Source of the DNA: Diadema antillarum | Taxonomy: Eukaryota | NCBI RefSeq assembly: GCF_040938485.1 | Contig: NW_027271251.1 | Coordinates: 1,426,001-1,490,000 of the forward strand | Length of the DNA: 64,000 nt | Reading direction: 5' to 3' | Part shown: piece by piece, positions 14,402 to 27,600 of the stretch | How the letters are laid out: every line of letters starts with the position of its first letter | How positions within the stretch are numbered: the stretch's first letter is position 1 | Notes under the pieces: generated by a model | Database searches by the model: none | What the model was told of the DNA's origin: nothing | Seen by the model: only the letters and a program-made list of their open reading frames with translations | Program-made: the position numbers and the translations under genes

Positions 14402-17400
14402 GTAAGCCATCTTCTACTTTGTTTATCACATTTTGTGTGTATTTTATATCTTATATTGTCATGTAAATAAAAAGACACAAGAAAAGTTTTATGTGCGTGG
14501 CATCGCGAGAGCTGCGCTACGAGTGGCCAGCGAGGGCCACTCCAAGTCCGCGAAAGAAAGTCGACACAATTAACGTGCCCAATTCACAGGGGTGCTCGGG
14601 TGGGCTCGCTCCGCTTCACACAACAAAAAAGTCGATTTTACTGGTAAGGAAACTTGCGCGCTTTGTGTAATTAAGTCCGGAGTGGCGTATAGTCGAGTAG
14701 TTTGAAGGAATGTGGCGACGAGGCGAAGATCGACGAGGCGGATTAGCCCAGCCCATCCTAGCGATGTGACGCTCACTCCTATAAGATCATTTTTCGAGCA
14801 GTCCCTCTCCTGGACGCCAATATGCAGTGCTGCCGTGGCTCCCTGACATCTTCTATACGATTAGGTATGTTTTTTCTCCATCTTTGCTCTCCAATCAGAT
14901 TTTCTAATTTTGCTCTCTAAAACTTTCTATGAAGTTGGTTCTTTGGATATACTGTATGTCTGAAGCGCTTATTGCAATGTGAGGTCTGTACAACATTAAT
15001 ATGTTGTATGTGATAGGTGAGTTAAGAGCGTGCTCCTCCTCCCTTCACCATTTAAGGATTCTACTTATAACCGTAACCCGAGGGTACAATTTTTTTTCGC
15101 GCCTTTCCGATATCAATAGTTTTGCGAAGGATTTTGTTTAGTGACCCTAATATCATAATGCGCAGCAATGGCGCCCATTTTTGTCCTTGGTTGTGCTGTA
15201 TAGAATGGCAATACTGTTTTTTTTTTCTTCCCAGTCCCATTATAGTCTTGGTAGTTTGTGAGCGATCCATTCTTCGCGGTTACTGAAGAAGAATGGATGT
15301 TATCCATCGATGTAAGCACGCGGGTCGATACTACTTTGCCCCAGGTACAAGCACGCCATGTACACTTTACCAGCGCACTACCGCGTCCACCGAAGTTGGC
15401 GGTAGTCAGCGCATTCATGTCAGAATATGCCAACATTTAGCAGATCTGATGTGAGGACTGTGTTATTTAAATGTTCTGATCAACCCACGAGGGAATTGTC
15501 TGTCACATTGCTCGAAACAGGGGTTGTTGACTCTTCTTCCTCTGTAAAACTTTTACCCATGTATTTTGCCCTCCCCCCGATGAAGTGGTATGTTCCATTG
15601 ACACGCCCTGCTACTTGTTGCACGCTGTCAAGTTTTGTACAAGCGAAGTTACCCGCGGTGTGCATGGCGTGTTTGTAAGGGCGAGGAAACTACATGCATG
15701 TTGGTGTACTGAATGGCAGCTCTGTTTTCGCTTTGGATCAGAACTACCACGAAGGGTTCTCTCAAAATACACTTGAGTAGAGATGAATCAAGTAGGGCTA
15801 CTTGGCGCTCTTAGCTTGTATATTTTATGCTCTTCTGTTGCTCGATTTTCAGTCTTTTTTCAGAGTTTTAGCGAGTATAATAAAAGTCGGTGAATGGTGA
15901 CGAGAAGCTGCAACTTGGTGAAAATCGGGAGGTAAAATTCATATCCTCTCATTGGGTTCCCTTTGAGACTTTCGGATAGAGTTGTAATAACTCTACATGT
16001 AATATTCCATTTTCCCCATTCCCGATGACACGATCGCATCACGGCAAAAATGTCTTCCAAAATGTCATCTACTCTGCAAATTACCTTTCCAGTTTGTAAG
16101 TAGCTCTTATAAAGGGATGGTATTAGTATTAGTTGAGGTGAGGATTCAGCTTTTAACTTTTTGCGACTCCATGAAATCTTAAAGAGCATGCAATTCTACG
16201 AGGAATTCAAAGTATATTTGATGAAAATTGGTTTTGAAATGGCTGAGATATCCAAAAACAAAGTAAAACAAAGTAATCCTAATAAATGGTCGGTCCCACC
16301 TTTTATTAGAATCACTTTATTTTGGATATCTCAGCCATTTCAAACCCAATTTTCCTTAAAAATATTAACCAACAAACTTTGAATTCCTGTTAGAATTATG
16401 TGCTCTTTCATATGTCGTGATAGATTTAATCGACGTGAAGGACACAACATCCATTAGTTGAAAAAGAAAATCTGCATGACCAAACAAACCGTCTCTGGGA
16501 TGACTTTAAATTCAGTGTTACTCATGTCGTTTACTCGTTGGTATTCCACCGTTTATTAACAAAATCGACAATCGATGTTCATGAGGTCGGTCTGACGATC
16601 ACAAGGAATACAATTTGTGCAATATTAATTTTAACCATTATGATTTTATTCTGATATTAGGTCCTGTCATGAAGAATAAACACAAGTCTTTGGTACCAAG
16701 CAGTTGCATTCATAGTTTTGTCGAGTCGACATGACTCTGTCTTGAGTAAACCCCCTGCTGAAGTGTTGGCCCCATTTTGCTAACTCGATGTGGAGGTCAT
16801 AATTCTGAGACCATAACGCGCGGGTGTATTACACCTCAACCCCCTCAAATTCACTAATATCCCTGATGAGAGAAGTAGGAAAAAACAACAGGAACAACAA
16901 CCAAACAAAAGAAAATAATGTGTGACTGGCTTCACAAATTCTGCGATATTAAAAGTTAAAGCTCCCTATTCGCGGGATTGAATCCTCTGCAGCGATATGA
17001 AGTATAAATACGTCTAGAAGGGTTATTGATCCATGAGGCGATATGGATCCGTAAACGTCACGTTATCCTAAATGACTTATCTTTGTATAAGATAAACAGA
17101 CAAGTAAACAAAACATGCACACATTGGATGTGCCGTGCCATCACAGTGGAAAAAGGAGATACATTTACACGTTCTACCTCCCTTTCCATTACGCCAACCT
17201 TCAGCCCTCTCTTGTAACTTGTAAGGGACATTGAGACCTCAATAATTCACTTTTCGAATCTGAAGCTACTAAGTGTGTGTTCGTTAAATAGTGATGCATC
17301 ACACAAACGTGTCTGCCATCATGTTGGAATGCCTACTAGGTATGAAATCTGGAAATGTCCCTCAATCTGATTTCGTTTATTAAGGTCTTTTCCATCAAAA

Positions 17401-20400
17401 AAGATCAAAATAAAAACTCGGATATTTTCTATTGATTAGTTTCGTTGGACTCATGTCACATCGTTTCACGCATCAGTTGTTTATAGTAAAATGTTGGCAA
17501 TGCATGACAATATATCGTGTTTTTTTTTATTAAAATGACGTATAGATTGAATCAATATCTGATGTGATTGAACGTGAAACGTAATTCCACTGCAAGTATC
17601 CATGGAGTGTCTTAATGGTTACCATCGAGGCTATTTGAATTTACCCCTGGGATATCAACGTTATGTAAATGATAATAAAAGTGATTGATAATGATAATTG
17701 TATTGCATTTGCACAAAAGAAAAATTCTGCTTCAACTGTTATGGTGATCTTTGTGTGTGTAATGGGGGAGGGGATATCTAAGGGGGCTACTATAGTCATT
17801 CTTAGCTTCATACATCAATACAAGTGGAAACCATATCAATCTATGATAAATGTTTGATGGTTGACGTCGATATAAAGAGTAGGCCTACTCTATTCTTCCT
17901 TCGGTATCTATTGGGACAAGAATGAAAATCGTATCATCTTTTTTTTGACGTATAAGGAGAGATACTGACAGTCCGATTAGATATAGTACAGCAAACTTTT
18001 TTTTTTCGACTTTGACCTCCGGTTCAATCCTGTTTCCTATACTTCCATGTCACGCCCTTTCCTTGCCGTTTTAATATCACACCCATGACTAGAATATTTG
18101 ATTCTCCATCCTGCTGTGTTTTGTTAGTACCGTGTAGTCTGACATTCGAACCTGCCCGTATGCAGTCGTGTCTCTTTCTACTGTATAAAAAGCGTTTTTA
18201 AACGCTCCTAATCTATAGTAAATGGGAGCTTAATTATACCTGTGAATACCCACTGATTTTTCCGTTGGCCGTCAACTTGCTCTATCAACTACTAGTAGTA
18301 CATGTACTTTTTGAAGATTTGTATTTTTAAAGAGAAGAGAAAAGTCATGGCAGCAGATCCACGCGGTGCATGGAGGGATAAAAGGGCATCTCCCCCCTTG
18401 AGACGAAACAACAATATTTTGATTATAAAGGCTAGGGCGTTCGCTGAAAGATAACATCATAAATATGTCATTCTTTACCACCCAAAAGTTAGTGACTAGT
18501 ATGTAGGACCCTACACACGAGTTACCGACACACCCAGTGCAATGCGACATTCGCTTCTACCAGGGAGGTGACTGCGTTGCCTCGGAGGTCTCGTGCAACA
18601 TGGACGTCAGCGCCCTAACTGTCATAACTGAAATTATTATCCCATACTGGCACTTATCCACTGTAATCCGACTTCTTGCGTGAACTTAAATTTGATTGTA
18701 GAATTTAAGTATAAACGGGAAAGCGATTACTCATCATCTCGATTGCTACTTGTAAAAAATTGAGGTCAAACTTGTCAGTAGTGACTTAAAATATGTATTT
18801 TCCCAATGTCTGTTTGGCGAGGATGGTGTTACCACAATGTGGTACTCTCATCGTTTAGATTGTGATGACGAACCATGTCAAGGTCGATCATCGGAACGGG
18901 TCTGTACTAGATGTGCGATGTGTTTGATGCACGCAACAGTCATTTGGAGAACCAATATAGGATACGAAATGCCGAGAAGCAAGTGTCTTTCTTACACTGC
19001 AAATTAGAGCTCGAAAATCAGTTGGGTCTTCACCTCTCTGAAATGCGCACGACATCGCCTGCTAACAAGTTTCAATTTTGAGGAATTCCAGGGTCGTGGG
19101 TTCGAGGTCAAAAGGACCAGACGGATGAGTTCGCTGCAATCACTCGGCACTTCATCCACATCGTCCTCAGCGGGCTGGCGATGCAACCTCTGACCGGAGA
19201 TTATCCCCAAGCCTGCTATTTCACCCGTCGGATGTGATGTACAACCCGCAAGTCTCCGTCCCCTTTCGTGTACTAGTACAATGCTTCATACAAATACCAC
19301 GAGCGCTGCAATGGTGAAAATCATATTTTTTTAAATCACATGCTTATGGGCGTGAGGGAGGGGGGGGGGGTGTGTGGAAGGGGTGAGTGAACCCTTGATC
19401 AAGAGCCAATTATGCAAGACAAGATGCCACAAAGACCAATTCATTTTGCATGAACGTAGTGAGACAAAGAAACCACCAATGGAGAGGAATAAGAATTATT
19501 GAAGAAAAAAAAAAGGAAAAAGAATATCACGTGTGAGACAGCAGAAAATACTTTGATGAAACTCATGCTATCTTAATTTTTTTTTTGCCATTGAACCGCT
19601 CTCACTCCTCCCACACACAAAAAATGTTGTGTATAGCTGCAATGTCGCTTGCTCATTACTCTTTCGTCCATTAGCCTTTTGTGTTTTTATGTCTGTTTGA
19701 AATGTCACGAATATCACATTTAGGGGTTCTACTTGTCATACATGTATTACACTGTGATGTATCATAAATCACACCAATTCCGCTGCAGAAAAACTAAACC
19801 TAACGAAGATTTATTCTTATGAACTGGTGATCAATCATTTGCCGTTTTCCATAAAAGAAAAATTGTGTTTACGTGCATGTGTGAATATACCAAAAACTAC
19901 ATTTCTGTAAATAGTTTAAATTTCGGATCACCCGAACGATACTTGATGTCCATATTGACAGTCAAACTGCCGGTATAATCAACTTCTGTTAAACTGGTTT
20001 GTTGGATTTCGCATGAACTTTTGCTGGCTTGTGTCTGTGTTACGATAAGGTTCACAATAAAGTTAAAAGAAATCAGCTGATATTTATGTGGTAACTAGAA
20101 TGTCAATATGTTTATGTTCCAAATAAATTTGACATAGATTTCGGGCAAAAATTATTAGACATGTTTTGTGTCATAAAACATAAGAAATGTATAGGAATTT
20201 ATTGATTTAAGGCGGAGCGCAGCCCCAGAACAAAGTAAAACAAACAAAAACTGATTAACAATAAGCTAATCACCGCTTGAAACCAAGTAGTTTTCTATAA
20301 CGCGTAAATTGTTTAAGTTCCTGCAAAGTATAGTATATTTTTTTCCTATACTTTTTTATGATATGACACGAGGGTAAGAAGCAGGTAGCAATAATTAGTG

Positions 20401-23400
20401 GTCAGTGGTTTGGGAGAGCTTCAGGCCGTTAGATGCCAAGTTTTGGCTGACCATTGAGCCAACAAAAAATTCTCGAATGACCACAAAACAAATATGTGCG
20501 TTTTAAGTAAGAAACCAGCACCTCCATTGCGCCACCGAAATGTTTGGAGCAGATGCAAAACTCGATCAGAGGTACAGGCGTGTCAGCGCCCCTGACGTAA
20601 AAGTTCTTTTAAATGAGAAGCTCTGGTTCTGAATAGCCCACGGGTCTCGAGATATTTACTAGCAGCCAGGAAAAAGAACATGCGGCTGCAACGGGACTCG
20701 CTCTTGACCTCGCTCGACCGCGTCACTGGAAGCACACGGCCAATGTTTGCTACTTTTGTGGTTTCCGAATTCCAGCCATCGCTTGTTTGTGAAAAAAAAT
20801 GAAATAAAAGTAAAAGAGAGAGGGAGAGAAAAATAGAGGAAAAGAAGGGGGTGATGAGGAGGAAAAAAAAACGATTGCTCGAGGGTTACTATTGGTTGAT
20901 GAAGGATGTCGACTTCGCTCAGAAAAGAGAGACGGAGAGGAGAAGTTGTTGAGAGGAAATCTGACTGGCAGTGGAGCTGATTGCCATGGTATACAGGCAA
21001 ACCTTGAGTACATAAGTGGAAGAATCAGAGCAAGGGGAAGAGTGCAAACACGTTCCGCTCCATCTACAGGTGGGGAGGGGTGAGGAGCGTCGGTTGTACG
21101 ACACGCCATTGCACTGAATATGGGTTTGTCGTAGTTTGATTTCTTCTGATAATCGTTAGCCCTGCAGTGAGTGCACATTAAGCGTAAAAAGGGTAAAAAA
21201 GGGCTTGCCTTAACACAGAACAAAGACACCACACAAAAGAAAGCCAGATTTACCTTAAAGATATGATAGAAATGTAGAGAAGGTTATAAACTTTTTAAAG
21301 TTTTAAGTATAATGCTCATGTTCGATTCATGTAGGGCCTACATATGATAGTCTTGATGGTAACAGCTTGAGTTTCGTCCACTGTTTTACTGTTGATCTTG
21401 GTGATACGGCCGGATTGCTTCAACTAGCAACCTTACGTAATATCATCAAAGAGAAAGGAAAATTGCAGAAAATAGCATTTAGACGAAAAGAAATGCCAGC
21501 ATCGGCTGAGACGTATGGACTTCGCTGGATTATTCTAAGTGCACCAAAGTACAGTATTATTTTTTATCCAGAAATCAAGTTGTCGAAACTTTGATCATGT
21601 ATATTATGCAGTCCTAACTTTACATGCTTGTCTTTGAAAGTTCAAACCTCATCGAGCCGACGGTATGACCGTTTCACTGCAGCAGTCAGGACATTGATCG
21701 CCGAGGAAACTTATCAATGTGTAGTCACGTGACAAACAGTGACACGACTCTTGCTGTTTGCAGTCAATTGAGTCATGACGCTCAAGCTGTTTAACCACCG
21801 GAAACAATTTTCCGTGAAGATCCGAAAAGAGGTCGTGAAGTACAGTACTCATCATAGTACCATGGTCGGTCCATGATAGTACGAACCCGATGCCAGGGAG
21901 AGAAACTCATTTATTTTTGGCGGTTTCTACATTTTACTGTTGTCATGATGAACAAATGCCAATCCTTATACTTGAGCAGGGAGGTGTTGGAGACCTGAGT
22001 AGTTTTGACAGATATCTTGACCAGATAATCTAATTGGCGCACCGCTGACCCACATCAGACGTGCTCAATCAAAACAAAGACCAAAATAGGAGGGTAAAAG
22101 ACAGTGGGGGAATACCCAGGGTAGCGCGAGAAAGGGTATTTCCCTTTCAGCGAAGGCTTTGACTATTTCCGGTTTCCAGGCCCCAGAGGTGCCCTCGTTG
22201 TTGATGGTTGGGCTGGCTGTTAGAGCGTCAATAGAAAGATGAGTAGAGAAGAGTTACATAAAAGACAGCAGACCCTAACTGTTTCACCAGTCAGCACAGA
22301 AAGAGACTTTCGCTCTCGTGAAATCAAATCCCCCATCTAAGTAAAAGTAAAGCAAAACTAAACAAAAGCAAAAACACACAAAAACAATCCCGAAATGTAC
22401 ACAGTATAAATATCAAACTGTCTGCTGTTTTCAGGACCCTATTTCAGAGAGTAAATTAAATGCAAATTATGACAATGACAATTACCGTTCTGGCAACTTT
22501 CAACCACTTGCGAGCGGAAGTTGCCTACATTGGCATTGCCTGAATTATATCAGGTCGTAGGTCGCAACAATCTTCATTAACTGTCCGCTACTTAAAATTG
22601 CTATATTTGAGATTCCCCTTCTTTGCCTGAATGCGTGTACAAGTTAACGGTACGAGGGTACCTGGCGATGCTATAAGGGGTAATGATAATAGTGGCAGAG
22701 CGCGTGTAGGTTTAATTGCTGTAACGCTGATGAAGACTAAATTGTTCTTCATTTCACTATTGGGCATGGATTTTTTTGTTAATCTGAACTATTTAGAACT
22801 CTTAGAAGGGAGGGCATTTCATTCGATGACGGTCTGAAACCCAGCTGGAGTTACAATCGTCATGTCATGTCAATTTTCCTGTCAATCATTTTAGTAATCT
22901 GTCAATGTCAGAAGAAATCACGTGGCTTCAAAGAACGATGAAAGAACGGCATTTACTTAGTGAAATGACATGTATTCATTTACCGGAACGACAACTTGTA
23001 GGAATTCAGATGCAATCATTTTCTTCCAAGTTCAACCCTCAAATTTCCCCCAAAATATGAGCCCTAAGCTACACGGGTCCATTTACTATACGATGTGCCA
23101 CGTTTATCTGCTTTATGGCTCGTGTCCACCAACAAAGCCTGTATTTACACGTTTCTTTTTCTCCATGATTAAAGCCGTGTCTCCTAAATTACACCAGCGA
23201 GATAAGGAAAATCAACTTTGCTCTTTTCGGCAGTCCCATTGATGTTTTCAGTGGGTGTAGTAAAACAGGATAATCATCCAGTTTGGCTGTGTTTTTTTTT
23301 TTATACCCAGGGTTTTACTGATTGGACTAACACCACCTGATAACATGGCAAACTATGAATGGAAGCAAATACCATAGGTAGGATGGTATTTTGCTCTGCC

Positions 23401-23596
23401 AATAAGCTAGCTTGGGGTTAGCTCATGTGCGCATGTGTACAAAATACGACCTTCCTTTTTTTTCTCACGTTGTTAGGCACTTCACTCGAATTAAAAGCGA
23501 TAAATGCAATTTGCTTGTCCGACGTAACATTTATGGAATTCATTAGCCATGTTCAAACAAAGGATAAACTTGCTTGTACCAGATGGCCAGAATGGT

Positions 23597-23664
23597 CCAT
23601 CCCTTTTCTGTTGATATTGTCAATTACCACCATCCTTTTTCTGTTGATATTGTCAATTACCACC
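23597..23664. repeat. 33-bp direct tandem duplication
   Basis: ccatcc(c/t)ttttctgttgatattgtcaattacca occurs twice, head to tail. Confidence 0.85.
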
Positions 23665-23812
23665 TTTGCTGTCAGGTGGATGTGCTAGCAAGCATCATTT
23701 ATAAAGATTTACTTGGATAACCATGAATGAATTTGTAAACCAGCATAAATGACCCTTTTCTGCCTATGCGCAAAGCGGCACCCCGAATTGACTTTCACTG
23801 GGGAGACGTTAA

Positions 23813-24258
23813 GGCTGCGTTCACATAGAAGTATACTATTCGGGTATTCGGGCTCGTTTTTCGAGGGCACGCGAATAGCTTGAATCGAACGATAGGATTT
23901 CCTCACACCGGTTCACATAAGAGGGCACTATTCGAAAGTACGAATAGCTGCGAAAAGTATAGCAAAGTGGGAATCGAGCTTGTTCGATTTTCTTGCAGCG
24001 TATACCGTCTCTCGTTTATGAAATAATGACACTTTTGGTCTGGATTTGCCCTTTAGCAAAAATAAGCATGTAGACTGACATTCTGATGCAGTTTAGAAAT
24101 TGTTAATAAGATTTGTTGGGATGTAGGAGGAAGAAATCCTCACTGCATGGGATGGTGAGTTGACGGTGCGGGTGGCGGTGTATTCGGTGCCCGAATACCG
24201 AATAGCGAGTACCGAATACCGAATACCGAATACCGAATACTTCTATGTGAACGCAGCC
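23813..24258. mobile_element. 446-bp non-autonomous DNA transposon (MITE), PIF/Harbinger (Tourist)-type, in intron 1
   Basis: Perfect 21-bp terminal inverted repeats GGCTGCGTTCACATAGAAGTA (23813-23833) and its complement (24238-24258). TAA flanks both sides (23810-23812, 24259-24261). Subterminal GTATTCG/CGAATAC repeats are in inverted orientation. No transposase ORF. Confidence 0.85.
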
Positions 24259-24631
24259 TAACAGAAATTCTTCTGGCGTGTCCACGATGCGGTTTCAAGG
24301 GTTTTCGTCATATGAACGGAGAATTAACACATTATTCATATAAATATGTCTGTGTTGTGGGGAGGGGGTGGGTGGGGGAGGGGCTTTTTAGAGGCTTTTT
24401 AGAGCGGTAACTAAATCCAATGCACCATTTAAACATACACAGGATAAAACAATCTGCTAGCGCTTTTGGGAGTAGCAGCTGTTTTACGTCGGGACCATCA
24501 GCTTGCCGATGGTCATGAATGGGTTTATTAGAAACTTTTTTAATTCCCTTGTTGAATGTTTCAGTTGATTCCTCTTTTTAGAGTTTGAGTGAGTGTGTAT
24601 GTGACTGTGTGCATGCATGTGTGTGTATGTA

Positions 24632-24635
<4 letters not shown>

Positions 24636-24674
<39 letters not shown>
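24636..24674. repeat. (TG)n microsatellite
   Basis: Read directly from the sequence. Confidence 0.9.
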
Positions 24675-24676
<2 letters not shown>

Positions 24677-27600
24677 AGTGTGTGCCGCGAATGACGACTC
24701 TCCTGCACCCTTACTGTTAAGCAATCATCAAGCGTTGTACTTGTAGCGTTAATTTATCTATGGAGAATTTCTCATTTCACCATGTTAGAATATAGATATG
24801 TCCAGGAATTTGAATTTTATGTTTTCCTTCCTTCCTATATATTGACTGGCCTGGCACGAATGTATGTAATAATGGATGGATGATTGAGGCAGTTTAGTAT
24901 TGTCGCTTGCGTCTCATAACACGCTTCCAGCCCCGCAGTATGGTACACGGGTAATGCTAGAAAAGGTACCGACGCATTGTGCCCGTGGAAGGGACAGTAT
25001 TCTTTGAAAGGGCAATCGATAACCCAATACCGTGGTCATTGTGTGTTTGTTAGCTTGAAGGTCTACAATAACAGACTCATTTTTTTTTTAGTTCTGTGTG
25101 GCAGTCAATAGGTTCGGCAAGTACAATGCTGAGCTGACGGGTCACCACCTCCTCTAGACTGGTCAGTGCAGTAAGACGGGTGTGCCTCTTCTAACCCACG
25201 CCAGCGTGCGATGGATAGTGATTTACTACTATAGAAGACAAGAGAATCGGGGAGTGGGAGTTTATGCTAAATGGGGGAGGGGATGTGTGTGGGGTAAATG
25301 CGCCTTGCTCCACTGAACACATTCACTTTGTTACGGTAAGCATCACGCGGTTACATAAGCAGTCGGCGCCACGTTTGCAGTTTCTTCTTCAGTTTCCACC
25401 TAAAATGGCGGATAATCTTTAGTAGGTCCAAGGAGGTACAGGTTGAAGAAATCATGCATGAGAGCAAGAGTAAAAACTTGCTCTACTCCACTACTGGCTC
25501 ATGACGTATGTGCGTTCGAAAATAAATCGCCTATTTCGTTTCTTGTCTGGAGGGTTTTTAAGCGTAAAGTATATTTGTGTTTGTGTAAGTTATATATAAT
25601 GTGTGTGTATATTTGTATATTTGTGTATTTGTGTGTTTACATGTATGTGTGCTTGTGTTTTTACATGTATGTGTGTTTGTGTTTGTAATGTAAGCAGTCG
25701 ACAATTTCAAAATGGATCTTTTTTTTTCATCATAATGAATACTGAGTATATAGACAGGTCAGCAGTTTAGCATAATGCCTACGAAAAATAATGAAGAATA
25801 CAATTGCCATTGCCACTTTCTGTCGTGTAAAGCCGTTTTCCAATTTTGTGACACGCGCTGCAGCTTGACCGACCACTTACAAAGTTAATGAAATTGATTA
25901 GCTGCAGAGAATGACACACCATATCATTTAGCATTGTTTAGTGGGTACAAGTTCTCGGGAGGTTATTATATACGGAGTGTCCCCTGTGGATGGAGATGAG
26001 TTGTTAGCTTCTAAATATTCACTGCTACTTCTGCTGCAGAGTGAAAACGTGTGGTATTTTAATACAGACGTAAATGCCCCTCGAAAGTGATTTCATAGTC
26101 TCATTTTCATTAGAAGACAAATGCATTTCATATATAACGTTGAAGAGCAAACGCGTCTTTGCACTTTTGGAGTTTTCAGTCCAAACGGCAAATTCAGAGG
26201 GACTGAACACGCAACATTACTAGTTAGTGTTATTCGTACAAAAACAAACTGCTCTTTGCTCTATGTGAACAATATTGTACAAAATCGTAGGCTCGTAGAG
26301 AGAAAGAAACCGTTAGAACTTAAGAAAATGACTAGAGTTCCACAAACAACGAGACACATTGGCAACATAAACACGCACGATTTTTTTACTGTATCATCTC
26401 TAACGCTATTTGACACTTCCAATGTTTTTGATGGCTCGACAGAAAACATCATTTTAAGAACACAGGGTGTCAAAATGTCCCCAAAGATGTGGGTTACGAA
26501 CAACACAATGGAATCTTTCCAAGGTCACGTCCTTTTACATTATTGCTCTTCCACAGTAGTTACAGCCACTTGTCAGCCTCTGAATATCTATCTACAAAAA
26601 TAAGTTAATAAGCCAGTTCCTGACTTTATATTATGTCTTGCGTTTTTTCTAACTTTTTACGTTTTATAATCATGATCTTCGGAATAGAGTGAAAAAGGCA
26701 GTGGATAATGGATATTTTGGAGGTGTTATTTTATGAAACTCAACGCTGCCTCGTACGACAGTTGTGATGAGAATACTGCCACATAAGTTATACACCCAGT
26801 CAATGGTGATTATCTGCCAGATGATTTTTAGATGATCTAGAGAACGGGCACAAACTTAAATTTCGCACTATTTCGGGAGACATATCAGTCTGATATCGAA
26901 CAAGTCAAAATTCAGCGAAGTGCAACCACTCGAGTTGGTATGATTTGGAAAATTGGACACATAGGCCCTATACTCACACACGAACAGCACACGCACACTC
27001 AGAAACAAAACACACATACACACACACAAACAGCGCAAAATTTCATATCTCTATGAAGACTTTGGTTGTTCAATTATTACAATGTACGCGATGCTTCCGT
27101 TTGGTTCTGTAGTCAATCATAGCAAGACATAGACTGTATTTCTTATTTATTCATTTATTTTTTTTTAGAGGAGAATGTTTGCTCGGGTGTAGATCTATAG
27201 ATGATGAGAAAGCAGAGGAGTTCAAGTCCGATATTATTCCTGTGTGTGTATGTGTGTATGTGTGTATGTGTGTAAAGAGGTGTTACGTACCCATACAAGT
27301 TAAACAAGACATTTCCTGGCATAGGGTATGACATGTGTTGAATACCATGGTAACCACAGTCATGCAAAATGCTTTACTACACGAGACCGCAAGGCAGAGA
27401 GATGTACAAGTATAACACGTATAGTAGCCGATTATTCACGACGAGCTCCGTGTGTGCCTTGTCAATTCCGCCTTACTTAGTTCGCTGACACCAGATTTTC
27501 TTGTCGATGTTATGCACGGCTAAATCAATCATCTAGTATTGAGTAGGACAAAGTGAGCTGTCAAAAATTCTACCAATAATTGGATTCGTTTCACAGATAG

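Noticed and set aside
15113-15780. Cluster of overlapping 60-107 aa ORFs with slightly coding-like GC content
   Set aside because: No recognisable domain, frequent stops in all frames, and no convincing splice sites.
18015-18155. B-box-like GGTTCAATCC and reverse GGTTCGAAT (tRNA or SINE)
   Set aside because: No A-box at proper spacing and no cloverleaf.
20892-21083. Purine-rich ORF ending at a phase-1 CAG|GTGGGG, as an alternative first exon
   Set aside because: No ATG in the productive frame and a weak donor.
24181-24240. CCGAATA tandem repeats as a CRISPR-like array
   Set aside because: These are 7-bp units without spacers, inside a MITE in eukaryotic DNA.
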